Source: Candidatus Nanogingivalaceae bacterium
GTDB taxonomy: Bacteria; Patescibacteriota; Saccharimonadia; Saccharimonadales; Saccharimonadaceae
Direction of reading: 5' to 3'
NCBI GenBank assembly: GCA_015257795.3
Contig: CP072208.2
Location: forward strand, 540,001-572,000
Length of the DNA: 32,000 nucleotides
How positions within the stretch are numbered: position 1 is the first letter of the stretch; each line of letters opens with the position of its first letter. The position numbers and the translations under genes were made by a program. This document shows, piece after piece, positions 1-8,796 of the stretch. Below the pieces are notes generated by a model. It was not told where the DNA came from. It saw only the letters and a list, made by a program, of their open reading frames with translations, and made no database searches.

Positions 1-1
1 A

Positions 2-538
2 AAAACTCAAAAAAAGCGGTTTGGCGTTTTTCGAAAAGAAATTAAATTTAGCGAAATGAATTTTGAAGAACGAGTTGATATTTTAAATCAAATTGCTTTA
101 ATCGATAATGTTTATATTTATTACATTGCTATCTATAAACCTAATGCAGCGATTCTACGCAAGCTGCCTCATAATCTAGCCTATAATTACTTTTCTGGAA
201 TGTTAATTGATCGTATCGTTAGTGATTTCAATGAAGATATCAAGGTCGTATTTGACCAGCGCTCAACTGCTATAAAATCTCAAAATTCACTTCTTGAATA
301 CATCACTATCCGCGCAGCAACTAACCCAAACTTTAATCGTACAATTTTTGTTACTCAAAAAGATTCGCGTAGTAGTAAACGCCTCCAGTTTGCAGACGTT
401 ATTGCGGGTGCTATCGGAAGCTTCTATCGACACAGTGGCGACACTTCCCTAATCTCTATTATTGAGCCAAAAATTATAAAATGCCATTGCGAAGAATATC
501 CTGAAGCCAATTTTATAAACCCCTTTCTCAAAAAATAA
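2..538 (+). CDS. DUF3800-like protein, 5' end probably cut by the window edge
   Basis: The frame is open from nt 2, with no stop upstream of the ATG at 56, so the gene likely starts left of the window. C-terminal RLQFADVIAGAIG resembles the conserved Q-x-AD-x-x-AG motif of DUF3800. A hairpin terminator follows. Confidence 0.5.
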   Translation, partial: KTQKKRFGVFRKEIKFSEMNFEERVDILNQIALIDNVYIYYIAIYKPNAAILRKLPHNLAYNYFSGMLIDRIVSDFNEDIKVVFDQRSTAIKSQNSLLEYITIRAATNPNFNRTIFVTQKDSRSSKRLQFADVIAGAIGSFYRHSGDTSLISIIEPKIIKCHCEEYPEANFINPFLKK

Positions 539-560
539 ATAGGGCCTTTAGCCCTATTTT
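537..560. terminator. bidirectional hairpin terminator between the DUF3800-like gene and trxB
   Basis: AAATAGGGC (537-545) pairs with GCCCTATTT (551-559) around a 5-nt loop, with an A-run before and a T-run after. Confidence 0.6.
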
Positions 561-1540
561 TAATTATTATGGATAAAATTAGCGATGTTTATTGCAGCCT
601 GAACCCCTGTTGAAGCCGCCACTACAATTTGTTTTTGAGAATTTTCTAAAATATCACCAGATGCATAAACTCGCGGAATATTCGTTTCAAAACTTGAATT
701 TACAATAATTTCACCCCTATCGTTCGTTTCAACTCCCGATTTTTTAGCAAAATCAGAATTTGGGTTCAAACCGATAAATTCGAAAATTGCCGCCGATTTG
801 ATATTGAAAGTTTTTTCACCCTCTTCGGTCTTTTGCTGAACTTGTGCACCAATTATTTTTTCACCAAAATCGGTTTTCTCAAATAACAATTCTTTAATCT
901 CAGTTTTTAAAAACAGATTAATTTTACCTCGTTCAACCGCTTCAAACAGCCTCTTTTGAAGTATCTCTTGTGCTGAAATTTGATTTCGAACTAAAAGATT
1001 CACTTTCGAAAACTTACTCAAGAACAAAGCTTCTGTAATTGCCGAGTTTCCGCCACCAACTGCAATCAAATCTTTTCCTGCGTAAAACGGACCATCGCAG
1101 GTAGCGCAAGTGTGGATTCCGCGCCCAAAAAACTCTTCTTCACGAGGGAGTCCAAGCATTTTATAGGAATTTCCGGTTGCAATTAAAACTGTTTTCGCCT
1201 CTAAAAAACCACCATCAATATTTAATTCTATAAAGTTTCCTTTGTCCGAAAATTCTAAAACTTCACCATAATCAAACTTTGCACCAAATTTTTCGGCCTG
1301 AACTTTCATTTTTTTCGAAAGCTCTAAACCAGAAATACCCTCATCAAAACCAGGATAATTCTCGATTAAATCTGAATTTGTTACGATTCCGCCAAATGCT
1401 GATTTTTCAAAAACTCGAACCTCCAGCCCATCGCGAGCGGCATAAATTGCCGCACTAAGGGCTGATGGACCAGAGCCAATAATTACTAAATCTACCACTC
1501 TATTCAATACCTTGCAAGTCTGGCTGCGGAACTTCCTCAA
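560..1540 (-). CDS. trxB: thioredoxin-disulfide reductase
   Basis: FAD fold VIIGSGPSALSAAIYAARDG, redox-active CATC (HTCATCDG) and NADPH site AVGGGNSA. The ATG at 1540 overlaps the upstream gene by 41 nt. GTG 1498 or TTG 1507, just before the GSGPS fold, are likelier starts. Confidence 0.9.
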   Translation of the reverse strand: MRKFRSQTCKVLNRVVDLVIIGSGPSALSAAIYAARDGLEVRVFEKSAFGGIVTNSDLIENYPGFDEGISGLELSKKMKVQAEKFGAKFDYGEVLEFSDKGNFIELNIDGGFLEAKTVLIATGNSYKMLGLPREEEFFGRGIHTCATCDGPFYAGKDLIAVGGGNSAITEALFLSKFSKVNLLVRNQISAQEILQKRLFEAVERGKINLFLKTEIKELLFEKTDFGEKIIGAQVQQKTEEGEKTFNIKSAAIFEFIGLNPNSDFAKKSGVETNDRGEIIVNSSFETNIPRVYASGDILENSQKQIVVAASTGVQAAINIANFIHNN

Positions 1541-2183
1541 AATCCGGAATTAACATCACGATAAATTTCAAAGGTGTATTCGGAGCGATACTCTTTGAAG
1601 AATCTTCACTGTTAGGCGATCCTTGAGCACCATAAGCTTTATCTGCAGGAATTGTTAATTCGCGAACTCCGCCAACTTTCATTCCTTTCAAACCTTCACT
1701 CCAACCTTTAATGACATTCCATTCATTATTATCCTTCTTAAAGACAACTGGGGACTTTAAACTACCATTCGAAAAGCTACTATCGAACACTGTTCCATCA
1801 GGCTTCCAGCCAATATAGTAAGCCTGGAATTTCGTTGTTGAGTCGGTAATTTCTGCACCATCACCTTCTTTTAAATCTACCTTTGAAAGTTCTTTTACAC
1901 TTGCAGCATTAAATGCACTTGGAGTTTTTTCATACTCTTTAAAAGTATCGTAATATTTTGCTGAAAGTTCTTTAGCTTGAGCTTCAACTTTCTTTTGATA
2001 TTCTTGGTAAGTTTTCAAAAGTTGTGATTGCTTTTTTTGATCTTCTTGTTGAGTTTTAGTTTGCAAGAATGATGAAGCATAAAGCGCAACTGTTGAAACT
2101 ATTGTTAAAATTAGAATTCCCCAAATCGATACGCGTAACCAAGTTGGTGTTCCAGTTTGTAATGAATTTTTCTTATTTGCCAT
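1500..2183 (-). CDS. membrane-anchored FKBP-type peptidyl-prolyl cis-trans isomerase
   Basis: N-terminal TM helix (WLRVSIWGILILTIVSTVALYA). FKBP core DGTVFDSS ... VIKGWSEGLKGMKVGGVRELTIPADKAYG. SD GGAGGG lies 4 nt upstream of the ATG. Confidence 0.85.
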   Translation of the reverse strand: MANKKNSLQTGTPTWLRVSIWGILILTIVSTVALYASSFLQTKTQQEDQKKQSQLLKTYQEYQKKVEAQAKELSAKYYDTFKEYEKTPSAFNAASVKELSKVDLKEGDGAEITDSTTKFQAYYIGWKPDGTVFDSSFSNGSLKSPVVFKKDNNEWNVIKGWSEGLKGMKVGGVRELTIPADKAYGAQGSPNSEDSSKSIAPNTPLKFIVMLIPDFEEVPQPDLQGIE

Positions 2184-2191
2184 TTTCCCTC

Positions 2192-4693
2192 CTAGATTAT
2201 TTTTCCGCCATTTTTTACGGCTTTTTCTTCGATTTTTTGCATAATATCCCGAATTTCATCACCATTTAAAGTTTTTTCGAAAGGTGTGATCTTGAACCGA
2301 ATTGAAATATTTTTTGTACCATCGCCGTTATTAAACATATCTATTGGCGAAGTTTCAATCTCAACACCCTTAAATTCACTCGAAATATCTTTAAAAATAT
2401 CAAAAATTTCAGCAAATTGCCGCGATTCATCAACGTTTATTGAAATATCACGCTCAACAGATTGGAATTTTGAAAAATCTTTAATTTTAACACTTGTTCT
2501 TCCTGTATTTTCAAGCAAAATTCCCAAATCAAGTTCAAAACCGGCAGTTGATTCTGGTAGTTTCAAGGCTTTTTGAATCTTTTTCTTGAATTCACCAATT
2601 ACGCCCAAGGTCTTTTCGCCTTCAGAATTCGAAACCTGAATTAAAGCCGAACGTTTTGGTTCAAATTCGGTTGAAAGTGGTGATTTCGAAAGATCAAATT
2701 TTATAAATTTAACCTTTAGACCGAGCTTCTTGAATAGAAAATCTGCATAATTTTTAGCCTCGAAAAATGTATTTTCGCCCTTACTTTTTGTGTAAATAAA
2801 GGCTAGTTTTTTCTGCTCAAACGGAACATTTTCTTCATTCAAGCCAAGCGTTTTTTCAGTTATTTTATTCATCTCAAAAATAGCAAATTCACTAAAACCA
2901 GCACGAATATTCTGGTTAACTTTCGAAAGTAAGCTTGGCATTAAAGTTTGGCGATAATATTGCAATTCTGGTGAGATTGAATTTACAATTTTATAGGCAT
3001 TTTTTGGATCTTGTCCGGCTTTTTTAAGCAGATCGCCATGAACAAAAGTATAGGTTAAAATTTCATTTGCGCCACTTGATACTAAAATTTCACGAATTTC
3101 AGATTGGAGTAAATCAATTTTCGCTTTCTTTACAGCCCTAAATGTTCGTTTTGGAAGCTGCAATTTAATATTATCATAACCGTTCAATCGGCCAACTTCT
3201 TCAATTAAATCTTCTTCAATATGCAAATCGTTTCGCCAAAATGGAACTACGAATATTTCAGAATTATCATTTTTGGTCAAAATTCCAACATTTTCTAGAG
3301 TTTTTCGAATCTCTTCACTAGAAAAATTCGTTCCCAAAATTTGATTAATTTTGTCTTTCGAAACTGAAATCTCGGATTTATTGTAGTAAAAATCACCTTT
3401 CGAATCCGCAATTTCACTTAAAGATTTTCCGCCAAGCGCCAAAAGTTGCACACCAAACAAATCTAGAACTTTTCGTGACATCATTTCTGGCACGCCTTTT
3501 GTAAACCGAGTAATTGCTTCCGAAAAAATTCCGTGTCGCATTTGAGTGTTTCGCAAATTATAAAGGTTAAAAGTTGCACTTTCTACTAAAATTCGTGTCG
3601 TATTTTCATCAATTTCGGTTGATTTTCCGCCCATTGCGCCTGCAAGAGCCACAGCATTTTCACCGTTTTCACCCGTTGCAATTACGATATCATTTTGACT
3701 CATTTTAATTTTTCGGCCATCCAAAAGTTCAAGCTCTTCATTTTCGAAAGCTTTTCGAACAGTCATTTTAACATTTTCGCTCCCGTTGATTTCAACCAAT
3801 TTATCAAAATCAAAAGTGTGGAGCGGTTGGCCAGTTTCAAGCATTAGCTCGTTTGCTAAATCAGTTATTGTATCAATTGGCCGCATTCCAGAGCGCAAAA
3901 GATAAGTTTTTTCAAGTGTTAAATTTGGATTTTTCAAAATATCAGAAACATCAAAAATAGCCGCAGTGTAACGTTCGCAGATTTCAGAATCCTGAGCATC
4001 AATCACAATCGATTTATCATTATTAACTTCAAAACCAAAATCTGATTGCTTTATAAAATCTGGTTCAACAAATTTCTGCCCCAAAATACCAGCAACTTCA
4101 CGCGCAAATCCAATAATTCCAAAACAGTCAGGTCGATGCGTTAAGCTTTTGTTTTCGACCTCAAGAAGATAATCATTAAGTTCAAATTTCTCTGTAAAAG
4201 AATCACCTGCCTGAAGACCATTTTCGAAAGCTTCTGGTGAAATCTCTAGAATTCCGTCATGCTCATCACCCAAGCCAAGTTCGCGCAAGCTCGCAATCAT
4301 ACCATTGCTCATGTTACCCATTAGTTTTCGAGCGCTAAGCTGGAAATTTTCACCACCAAAAGTTTCTGGAACGATTGCTTTAGGTGGCAACCAAGCTACA
4401 AAAAGGCCTTCTCTTACGTTTGGCGCACCACAAACTACTTGAACAAACCCGTTTTCGTCACGTTCAACACCGTCACGCTTACCGCCGTCATCGATTTTAC
4501 ACAAATTCAAATGATCGCTACCTTCAACTTTTTTAGCTGAAATTACGCGCGCGATAACTACATCTTTATATTTTTCGTTTAAATTTTCAATACTTTCAAT
4601 CTCAACTAACCGTGCGCCAATCAATTTCGAAAGCTCATCAATCTCTGGCAAATCTGGAACAAACTTTTTAAGCCAATTTACTGAAATTATCAT
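2192..4693 (-). CDS. pheT: phenylalanine--tRNA ligase beta subunit
   Basis: 833 aa with an N-terminal tRNA-binding OB (VVIARVISAKKVEGSDHLNLCKIDDG), B3/4 and B5 domains and a C-terminal FDX-ACB-like domain. It sits directly downstream of pheS. Confidence 0.93.
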   Translation of the reverse strand: MIISVNWLKKFVPDLPEIDELSKLIGARLVEIESIENLNEKYKDVVIARVISAKKVEGSDHLNLCKIDDGGKRDGVERDENGFVQVVCGAPNVREGLFVAWLPPKAIVPETFGGENFQLSARKLMGNMSNGMIASLRELGLGDEHDGILEISPEAFENGLQAGDSFTEKFELNDYLLEVENKSLTHRPDCFGIIGFAREVAGILGQKFVEPDFIKQSDFGFEVNNDKSIVIDAQDSEICERYTAAIFDVSDILKNPNLTLEKTYLLRSGMRPIDTITDLANELMLETGQPLHTFDFDKLVEINGSENVKMTVRKAFENEELELLDGRKIKMSQNDIVIATGENGENAVALAGAMGGKSTEIDENTTRILVESATFNLYNLRNTQMRHGIFSEAITRFTKGVPEMMSRKVLDLFGVQLLALGGKSLSEIADSKGDFYYNKSEISVSKDKINQILGTNFSSEEIRKTLENVGILTKNDNSEIFVVPFWRNDLHIEEDLIEEVGRLNGYDNIKLQLPKRTFRAVKKAKIDLLQSEIREILVSSGANEILTYTFVHGDLLKKAGQDPKNAYKIVNSISPELQYYRQTLMPSLLSKVNQNIRAGFSEFAIFEMNKITEKTLGLNEENVPFEQKKLAFIYTKSKGENTFFEAKNYADFLFKKLGLKVKFIKFDLSKSPLSTEFEPKRSALIQVSNSEGEKTLGVIGEFKKKIQKALKLPESTAGFELDLGILLENTGRTSVKIKDFSKFQSVERDISINVDESRQFAEIFDIFKDISSEFKGVEIETSPIDMFNNGDGTKNISIRFKITPFEKTLNGDEIRDIMQKIEEKAVKNGGKII

Positions 4694-4737
4694 TATTCCC
4701 TCTTAATTTATTTATTACTTTTATAACTTGTTTAGTG

Positions 4738-5769
4738 CTAAAATTCCCTTAAGAATTCCAGTTTAGCACTTTCGAAATAACGAATATCCGAAATTCCATA
4801 TTTCAACATAACTAACCGTTCAATTCCGCCACCCCACGCAAAACCACGATATTTTTTGCTATCAATTCCAGCCGATTCTAAAACATTTGGGTGAATCATT
4901 CCGCATCCAAGCATTTCAAGCCATTCGCCTTTTTTACCACCGAGAGCCTCTGGTTTTTCAATTAGAAACTCAAGGCTAGGTTCTGTAAATGGAAAATAAC
5001 CCGGTTGTGTACGGATTTCTAATTTTTGACCATAATATTCTTCAAAAAAGGCGTGAAGTGTACCTAACATTTGCGCTAAGTTTGCAGTTTCGCTCACAAA
5101 AACGCCTTCACACTGATAAAAAGTATGTTCATGAGTTGCGTCTAAGTCTTCATTTCGAAAAACTCGCCCATAAGAAACGTGCGCAATTTGACCTTCTTCT
5201 TCAAGTTGTTTTTTACCGTGTTTTAAAACGCGGTTTTGCATCGTTGAGGTGTGTGCTGGCGGAATAAAGTTTTCCTCGGTTCGAAAAGTATCGTAACCAT
5301 CTCGTGCTGGGTGATTTTCTGGAAAATTCAACGCTCCAAACATATTCCAATCATTATCGATTTGGCGAGATTCGATTGCTTCAAATCCCATTCTAGTGTA
5401 GATGTCTATAACTTTTTCAAGTTCCTTTTGAAGTGGATGCTTTGAGCCATTCTTTGCGCTTAAAAGTTGAGGTTTTTTAGCAATTTTCTCGTGTGAGCTT
5501 GCTGCGAAAGGAGCAGAAATATCGATTTCTTCAATTTCAGAATTTTCTTTTTCTTCAAGAATTTCTGAAACTTCAGCTTGAATCTCATTTTTTAAATCAT
5601 TAACTTTTGATCCAAACTCACCCTTTTGCTCATTTGGTAAAGTTGGGATAATCTTATAAAGTTCCTTAATTTTTGGCGATTTTAAAATATCACTTGGATT
5701 TTCAAGCGTTTTAAGCTCCGCCAAAAGCTCTTCCCTAATCTGTTGAATTTGTTCCATAACTGATATCAT
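4738..5769 (-). CDS. pheS: phenylalanine--tRNA ligase alpha subunit
   Basis: Class II motifs ENHPARDGYDTF, GRVFRNEDLDATHEHTFYQCEG and GFAWGGGIERLVMLKYGISDIR. The first ATG (5769) lies inside a TGgTATAAT box, so ATG 5757 (MEQIQQ...) is the likelier start. Confidence 0.93.
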   Translation of the reverse strand: MISVMEQIQQIREELLAELKTLENPSDILKSPKIKELYKIIPTLPNEQKGEFGSKVNDLKNEIQAEVSEILEEKENSEIEEIDISAPFAASSHEKIAKKPQLLSAKNGSKHPLQKELEKVIDIYTRMGFEAIESRQIDNDWNMFGALNFPENHPARDGYDTFRTEENFIPPAHTSTMQNRVLKHGKKQLEEEGQIAHVSYGRVFRNEDLDATHEHTFYQCEGVFVSETANLAQMLGTLHAFFEEYYGQKLEIRTQPGYFPFTEPSLEFLIEKPEALGGKKGEWLEMLGCGMIHPNVLESAGIDSKKYRGFAWGGGIERLVMLKYGISDIRYFESAKLEFLREF

Positions 5770-5808
5770 TATACCACAATTGTACTATTTTGTCGATTTT
5801 CGAAAAAT

Positions 5809-6075
5809 CTAAACTCGCTGTGAAGCTACCCAAATATAAAGTCCTAAAGCGATCAAAATCGCCAAAAATACCAAAAACCAAACAAATGCCAAACCTGTTG
5901 TTTCTTTAGTTCCTTCAAGGTATGCACTATCTTCAATATCAGGATTTTCTTTCTTATTTTTTGGTGTATCGCCCCCTTCACCAAGTGAATTTTTAATCTG
6001 TTTTTCACGAAGTTCTGCTGCAATCTTCTCTTGCAGCTCCGTTCGATTATCGTCTTGTCGTACATATAAAGCCAT
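5809..6075 (-). CDS. hypothetical tail-anchored small membrane protein (88 aa)
   Basis: Charged N-terminal half plus a single C-terminal TM helix (LAFVWFLVFLAILIALGLYIWV). TGaTACAAT ends 6 nt upstream of the ATG. I recognise no family. Confidence 0.5.
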   Translation of the reverse strand: MALYVRQDDNRTELQEKIAAELREKQIKNSLGEGGDTPKNKKENPDIEDSAYLEGTKETTGLAFVWFLVFLAILIALGLYIWVASQRV

Positions 6076-6094
6076 ATTCCTATTGTATCAAATT

Positions 6095-6124
6095 TTGACT
6101 TTTTAGAAAAGTTTATGTTAAAAT
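6095..6124 (+). promoter_or_regulatory. sigma70-type promoter of the aquaporin gene
   Basis: TTGACT (6095-6100), 18-nt spacer, then TGtTAAAAT (6116-6124). It is followed by a leader carrying the strong SD AAGGAGG (6143-6149). Confidence 0.6.
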
Positions 6125-6153
6125 ATAAGCATAAGTTAAACTAAGGAGGAAAA

Positions 6154-6990
6154 ATGGCAACAAAAAAAGCCAGTTCAAAGAAAGCTTCAAAAGCTACCTC
6201 AAAAGTAGCAGAAGAAATTCAAAAAACCGAAGCAATAGTTAAAACTGTTGTTAAAAAAGAGTCTAACTCTGTGAGCGAAATTTCAAAACCAAGCTTCATT
6301 ACAGCTGTAGTTCTTGAATTTATCGGAACATTCCTGTTAGCCGCTGCCGTAATTGCAGGACAAGGTCAACCGCTTGTTGTATTATTTGCTCTAGCTGCAA
6401 TCGTGTTGATTGCTGGAAAAATCAGTGGTGCTCACGTTAATCCATTAATTACTGTTGGCGCTTGGGCGACTCGACGTATTAGCACAGCTAAAGCTTTGTT
6501 TTATATCGTTGCTCAAGTTCTGGGTGCAATGATCGCTTTCGTAATTTTGAATGCTTTTGTTTCAAATGCGCCAGAAGTTTCACAACAAGCTGCATTGTAC
6601 GGCCAACAAAAAGCCACAATGTTTACAGCTAATGTTATTCCACATGGTAAAGAACTTCTAATTCTTGCTTCAGAATTAATTGGATCTTTCCTATTTGCTT
6701 TTGCTGTAGCATCTGTAACATCAGACAAAAAGAAAGGAAGTTCAGCTGTAGCTTTTGGCGTTGGTGGTGGATTATTCCTTGCCGTATTAATCGCAGGCTC
6801 ACTTTCATCAGTGGTTGGTGGATCTGCAATTCTTAACCCAGCTGTAGCATTTTCATTACAAGCATTTACGCTTAAAGGACAAAACGTTCTATTCGCAATT
6901 GCAACATATGTTGGAGCTGCACTACTTGGTGGAATCCTAGGATTTGCGCTAGATTCATTAATTCAAGAAGCTTCAAAAGAAGAAAAATAA
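6154..6990 (+). CDS. MIP-family channel (aquaporin/glycerol facilitator-like)
   Basis: Six-TM pattern with the two hemipore motifs HVNPLITVG (an NPL variant) and ILNPAVAF (NPA). It has a Lys/Ser-rich N-terminal extension of about 48 aa. Confidence 0.85.
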   Translation: MATKKASSKKASKATSKVAEEIQKTEAIVKTVVKKESNSVSEISKPSFITAVVLEFIGTFLLAAAVIAGQGQPLVVLFALAAIVLIAGKISGAHVNPLITVGAWATRRISTAKALFYIVAQVLGAMIAFVILNAFVSNAPEVSQQAALYGQQKATMFTANVIPHGKELLILASELIGSFLFAFAVASVTSDKKKGSSAVAFGVGGGLFLAVLIAGSLSSVVGGSAILNPAVAFSLQAFTLKGQNVLFAIATYVGAALLGGILGFALDSLIQEASKEEK

Positions 6991-6997
6991 ATTATAC

Positions 6998-7027
6998 AAA
7001 AAAGAGCGAAGCAACATTCGCTCTTTT
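6998..7027. terminator. bidirectional terminator shared by the aquaporin gene and rmuC
   Basis: Perfect 8-bp stem AGAGCGAA (7003-7010) / TTCGCTCT (7017-7024) with a 6-nt loop, flanked by an A-run and a T-run. Confidence 0.75.
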
Positions 7028-7037
7028 AATTTTGCTT

Positions 7038-8138
7038 TTATTCTCTTGGCTTGTCTAATAGTTGAGGCTCAACTCCAGATTTACTATCTTCGCCTGCAAT
7101 TTTCACCACGTCCTTATCGATTTTACCTAATTCTTTATGTGCGTTATTAAAATGATTAACTGTAGTTCCAAGTGATTTACCTAGACGCTGCATCAAATCT
7201 TCATACTTTGAAATATGAGTTCCAAGCTGAGAGACTCGTTTTTGAATCTCTTTACTCTGTTCTTCAATTTTCAGTGATTTCAAGCCTTGCAAAACAGTTT
7301 GAAGATATGCCATAAAGCTTGTTGGGCTCACTACAATCACCCGCTTATCACGAAAAGCATATTCAATTAAATCACGCTCAGAACCTTGTGAACCAACTTT
7401 ATTTATTAGCATATCATAGTATAAACTTTCACTCGGAATAAACATAAACGCAAAATCCATTGTATTCTCATCTGGGCGAATATATTTCGAAGTTTCATCA
7501 ATTCGCATTTTTAAATCGTCGCGAACCTTTTTCGCCAAAATTTTTCGCTCCTCACCTTCAGATTCAATCATCCGATTATAGTTTTCAAGGCTAAATTTCG
7601 AATCTACTGGTAAAATTTTATGCTGATCTAAGAAAATCGCTGCATCAACGATTTCACCATTTTTAAATTTATATTGAATCTGAAATGCATTAGGCGGCAA
7701 AACATTTTCTAACACTTGCGCTAAATAAAACTCACCCAAAACTCCTCGCTGCTTCGGATTTTGCAACGCATTCTGTAGAGTTTTCAATTCGTCCGCAACA
7801 TTTACGACACGATTATTTGTTTCGTCAAGCTTTGTAAGACGTTTCGAAACTTCTTCGACAATTTTTGCACTTTCTGAAATCTGTTTTGTCATCGAGTTTT
7901 GTAACTGAACATTATTTCGCTCTATTTTTTCAGAAACTTTCTCATTAAAATTATTCAAGTTTAAATCAAGGTTTTCACGCATTCGATTCAAACTCTTGTT
8001 TAATTCGATGACGTCCATTTTTAGTAAATTAATACCTTGGTCTTGATTTTTAGAATTTAAGTTTTTATTAATTTTAATTGATTGAAAAATTATAACTGCC
8101 GCTAATGCAATTATAATAATTATCGGTATTATTTCCAT
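7038..8138 (-). CDS. rmuC: DNA recombination protein RmuC
   Basis: N-terminal TM helix, a long coiled coil and a C-terminal RmuC nuclease-like region (DFAFMFIPSESLYY, RVIVVSPTSFMAYL). SD AAGGAG and TGcTATAAT (8179-8171) lie upstream. Confidence 0.85.
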   Translation of the reverse strand: MEIIPIIIIIALAAVIIFQSIKINKNLNSKNQDQGINLLKMDVIELNKSLNRMRENLDLNLNNFNEKVSEKIERNNVQLQNSMTKQISESAKIVEEVSKRLTKLDETNNRVVNVADELKTLQNALQNPKQRGVLGEFYLAQVLENVLPPNAFQIQYKFKNGEIVDAAIFLDQHKILPVDSKFSLENYNRMIESEGEERKILAKKVRDDLKMRIDETSKYIRPDENTMDFAFMFIPSESLYYDMLINKVGSQGSERDLIEYAFRDKRVIVVSPTSFMAYLQTVLQGLKSLKIEEQSKEIQKRVSQLGTHISKYEDLMQRLGKSLGTTVNHFNNAHKELGKIDKDVVKIAGEDSKSGVEPQLLDKPRE

Positions 8139-8190
8139 TTTTCTCCTTTTAAAGTTACTGTAATTACTTAAATTATAGCAACATTAAGAC

Positions 8191-8218
8191 AAAAATAAAA
8201 GGCGCTTTTCGCACCTTT
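8191..8218 (-). terminator. greA terminator
   Basis: On the minus strand, AAAGGUGC pairs with GCGCCUUU (8 bp including one G-U) around a 5-nt loop, followed by a U-rich tract. Confidence 0.55.
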
Positions 8219-8227
8219 TATCTGTTT

Positions 8228-8692
8228 TTAACCAATTGCTACAAGTGTCATATTCATATTCCGCGAATTCGCCGTCCAACTAACAATCTCATTCACAGTT
8301 CGCCCGAGCACACTTTTACCGAGTGGGCTTTCCGCAGAAATTTTCCCGATAAGCGGGTTAGCCTCTAAACTTTCAACGACTCGAAACTTCATGATTCGCC
8401 CAGTTGCGCGATCGAAAAGCTCCACGAACGAACCGATTGAAACTTTCGAATTTCGTTTTTTGCTGCGTGGCAAAATTTTAGCATTATGAATTTGAAAATT
8501 CTTCTCATTAATTTCGCTTCGAATTGCATCAATCCGCGCAAAAATATCATTTTGTCGTAACAAATCCTCTTTAACATCTCCATCGCGAAGTTCAATTTCG
8601 AGCATCTTCTGTTCTCGCTCCAATTTCGCAACTTTCTTTTTTAACTCTTTAAATCCTTGTTTACTTAAATAAATTTTAGTTGTATCTTTCAT
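8228..8692 (-). CDS. greA: transcription elongation factor GreA
   Basis: 154 aa with an N-terminal coiled coil (LSKQGFKELKKKVAKLEREQ) and a C-terminal FKBP-like domain (GKISAESPLGKSVLGRTVNEIV). SD AAGGAGG lies upstream. Confidence 0.9.
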   Translation of the reverse strand: MKDTTKIYLSKQGFKELKKKVAKLEREQKMLEIELRDGDVKEDLLRQNDIFARIDAIRSEINEKNFQIHNAKILPRSKKRNSKVSIGSFVELFDRATGRIMKFRVVESLEANPLIGKISAESPLGKSVLGRTVNEIVSWTANSRNMNMTLVAIG

Positions 8693-8796
8693 ATTGATCC
8701 TCCTTTTGTAGCAACGCTACATTGTTATTATATCGAACTATTCTTAAAAAACGCTTAAATTTATCATTTCTTTCATTTTTATGGTAAAATATAATC

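Noticed and set aside
5853-6065. Alternative-frame 70-aa ORF overlapping the 88-aa membrane protein gene.
   Set aside because: It is on the same strand in a different frame. The 88-aa frame gives a clean TM helix and has a -10 box correctly placed, whereas the 70-aa frame is Lys/Ile-rich low complexity.
5821-7480. TTCGAA-free stretches as possible markers of foreign DNA: about 1.7 kb over the small membrane protein and aquaporin, about 1.6 kb at 27870-29490 over the orphan gene and SBP 3' half, and about 1 kb over pyk.
   Set aside because: With about 90 sites at a mean spacing of about 355 bp, the largest gap expected from random (exponential) spacing is about 355 x ln(90), roughly 1.6 kb. 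The observed deserts are therefore not statistically unusual.
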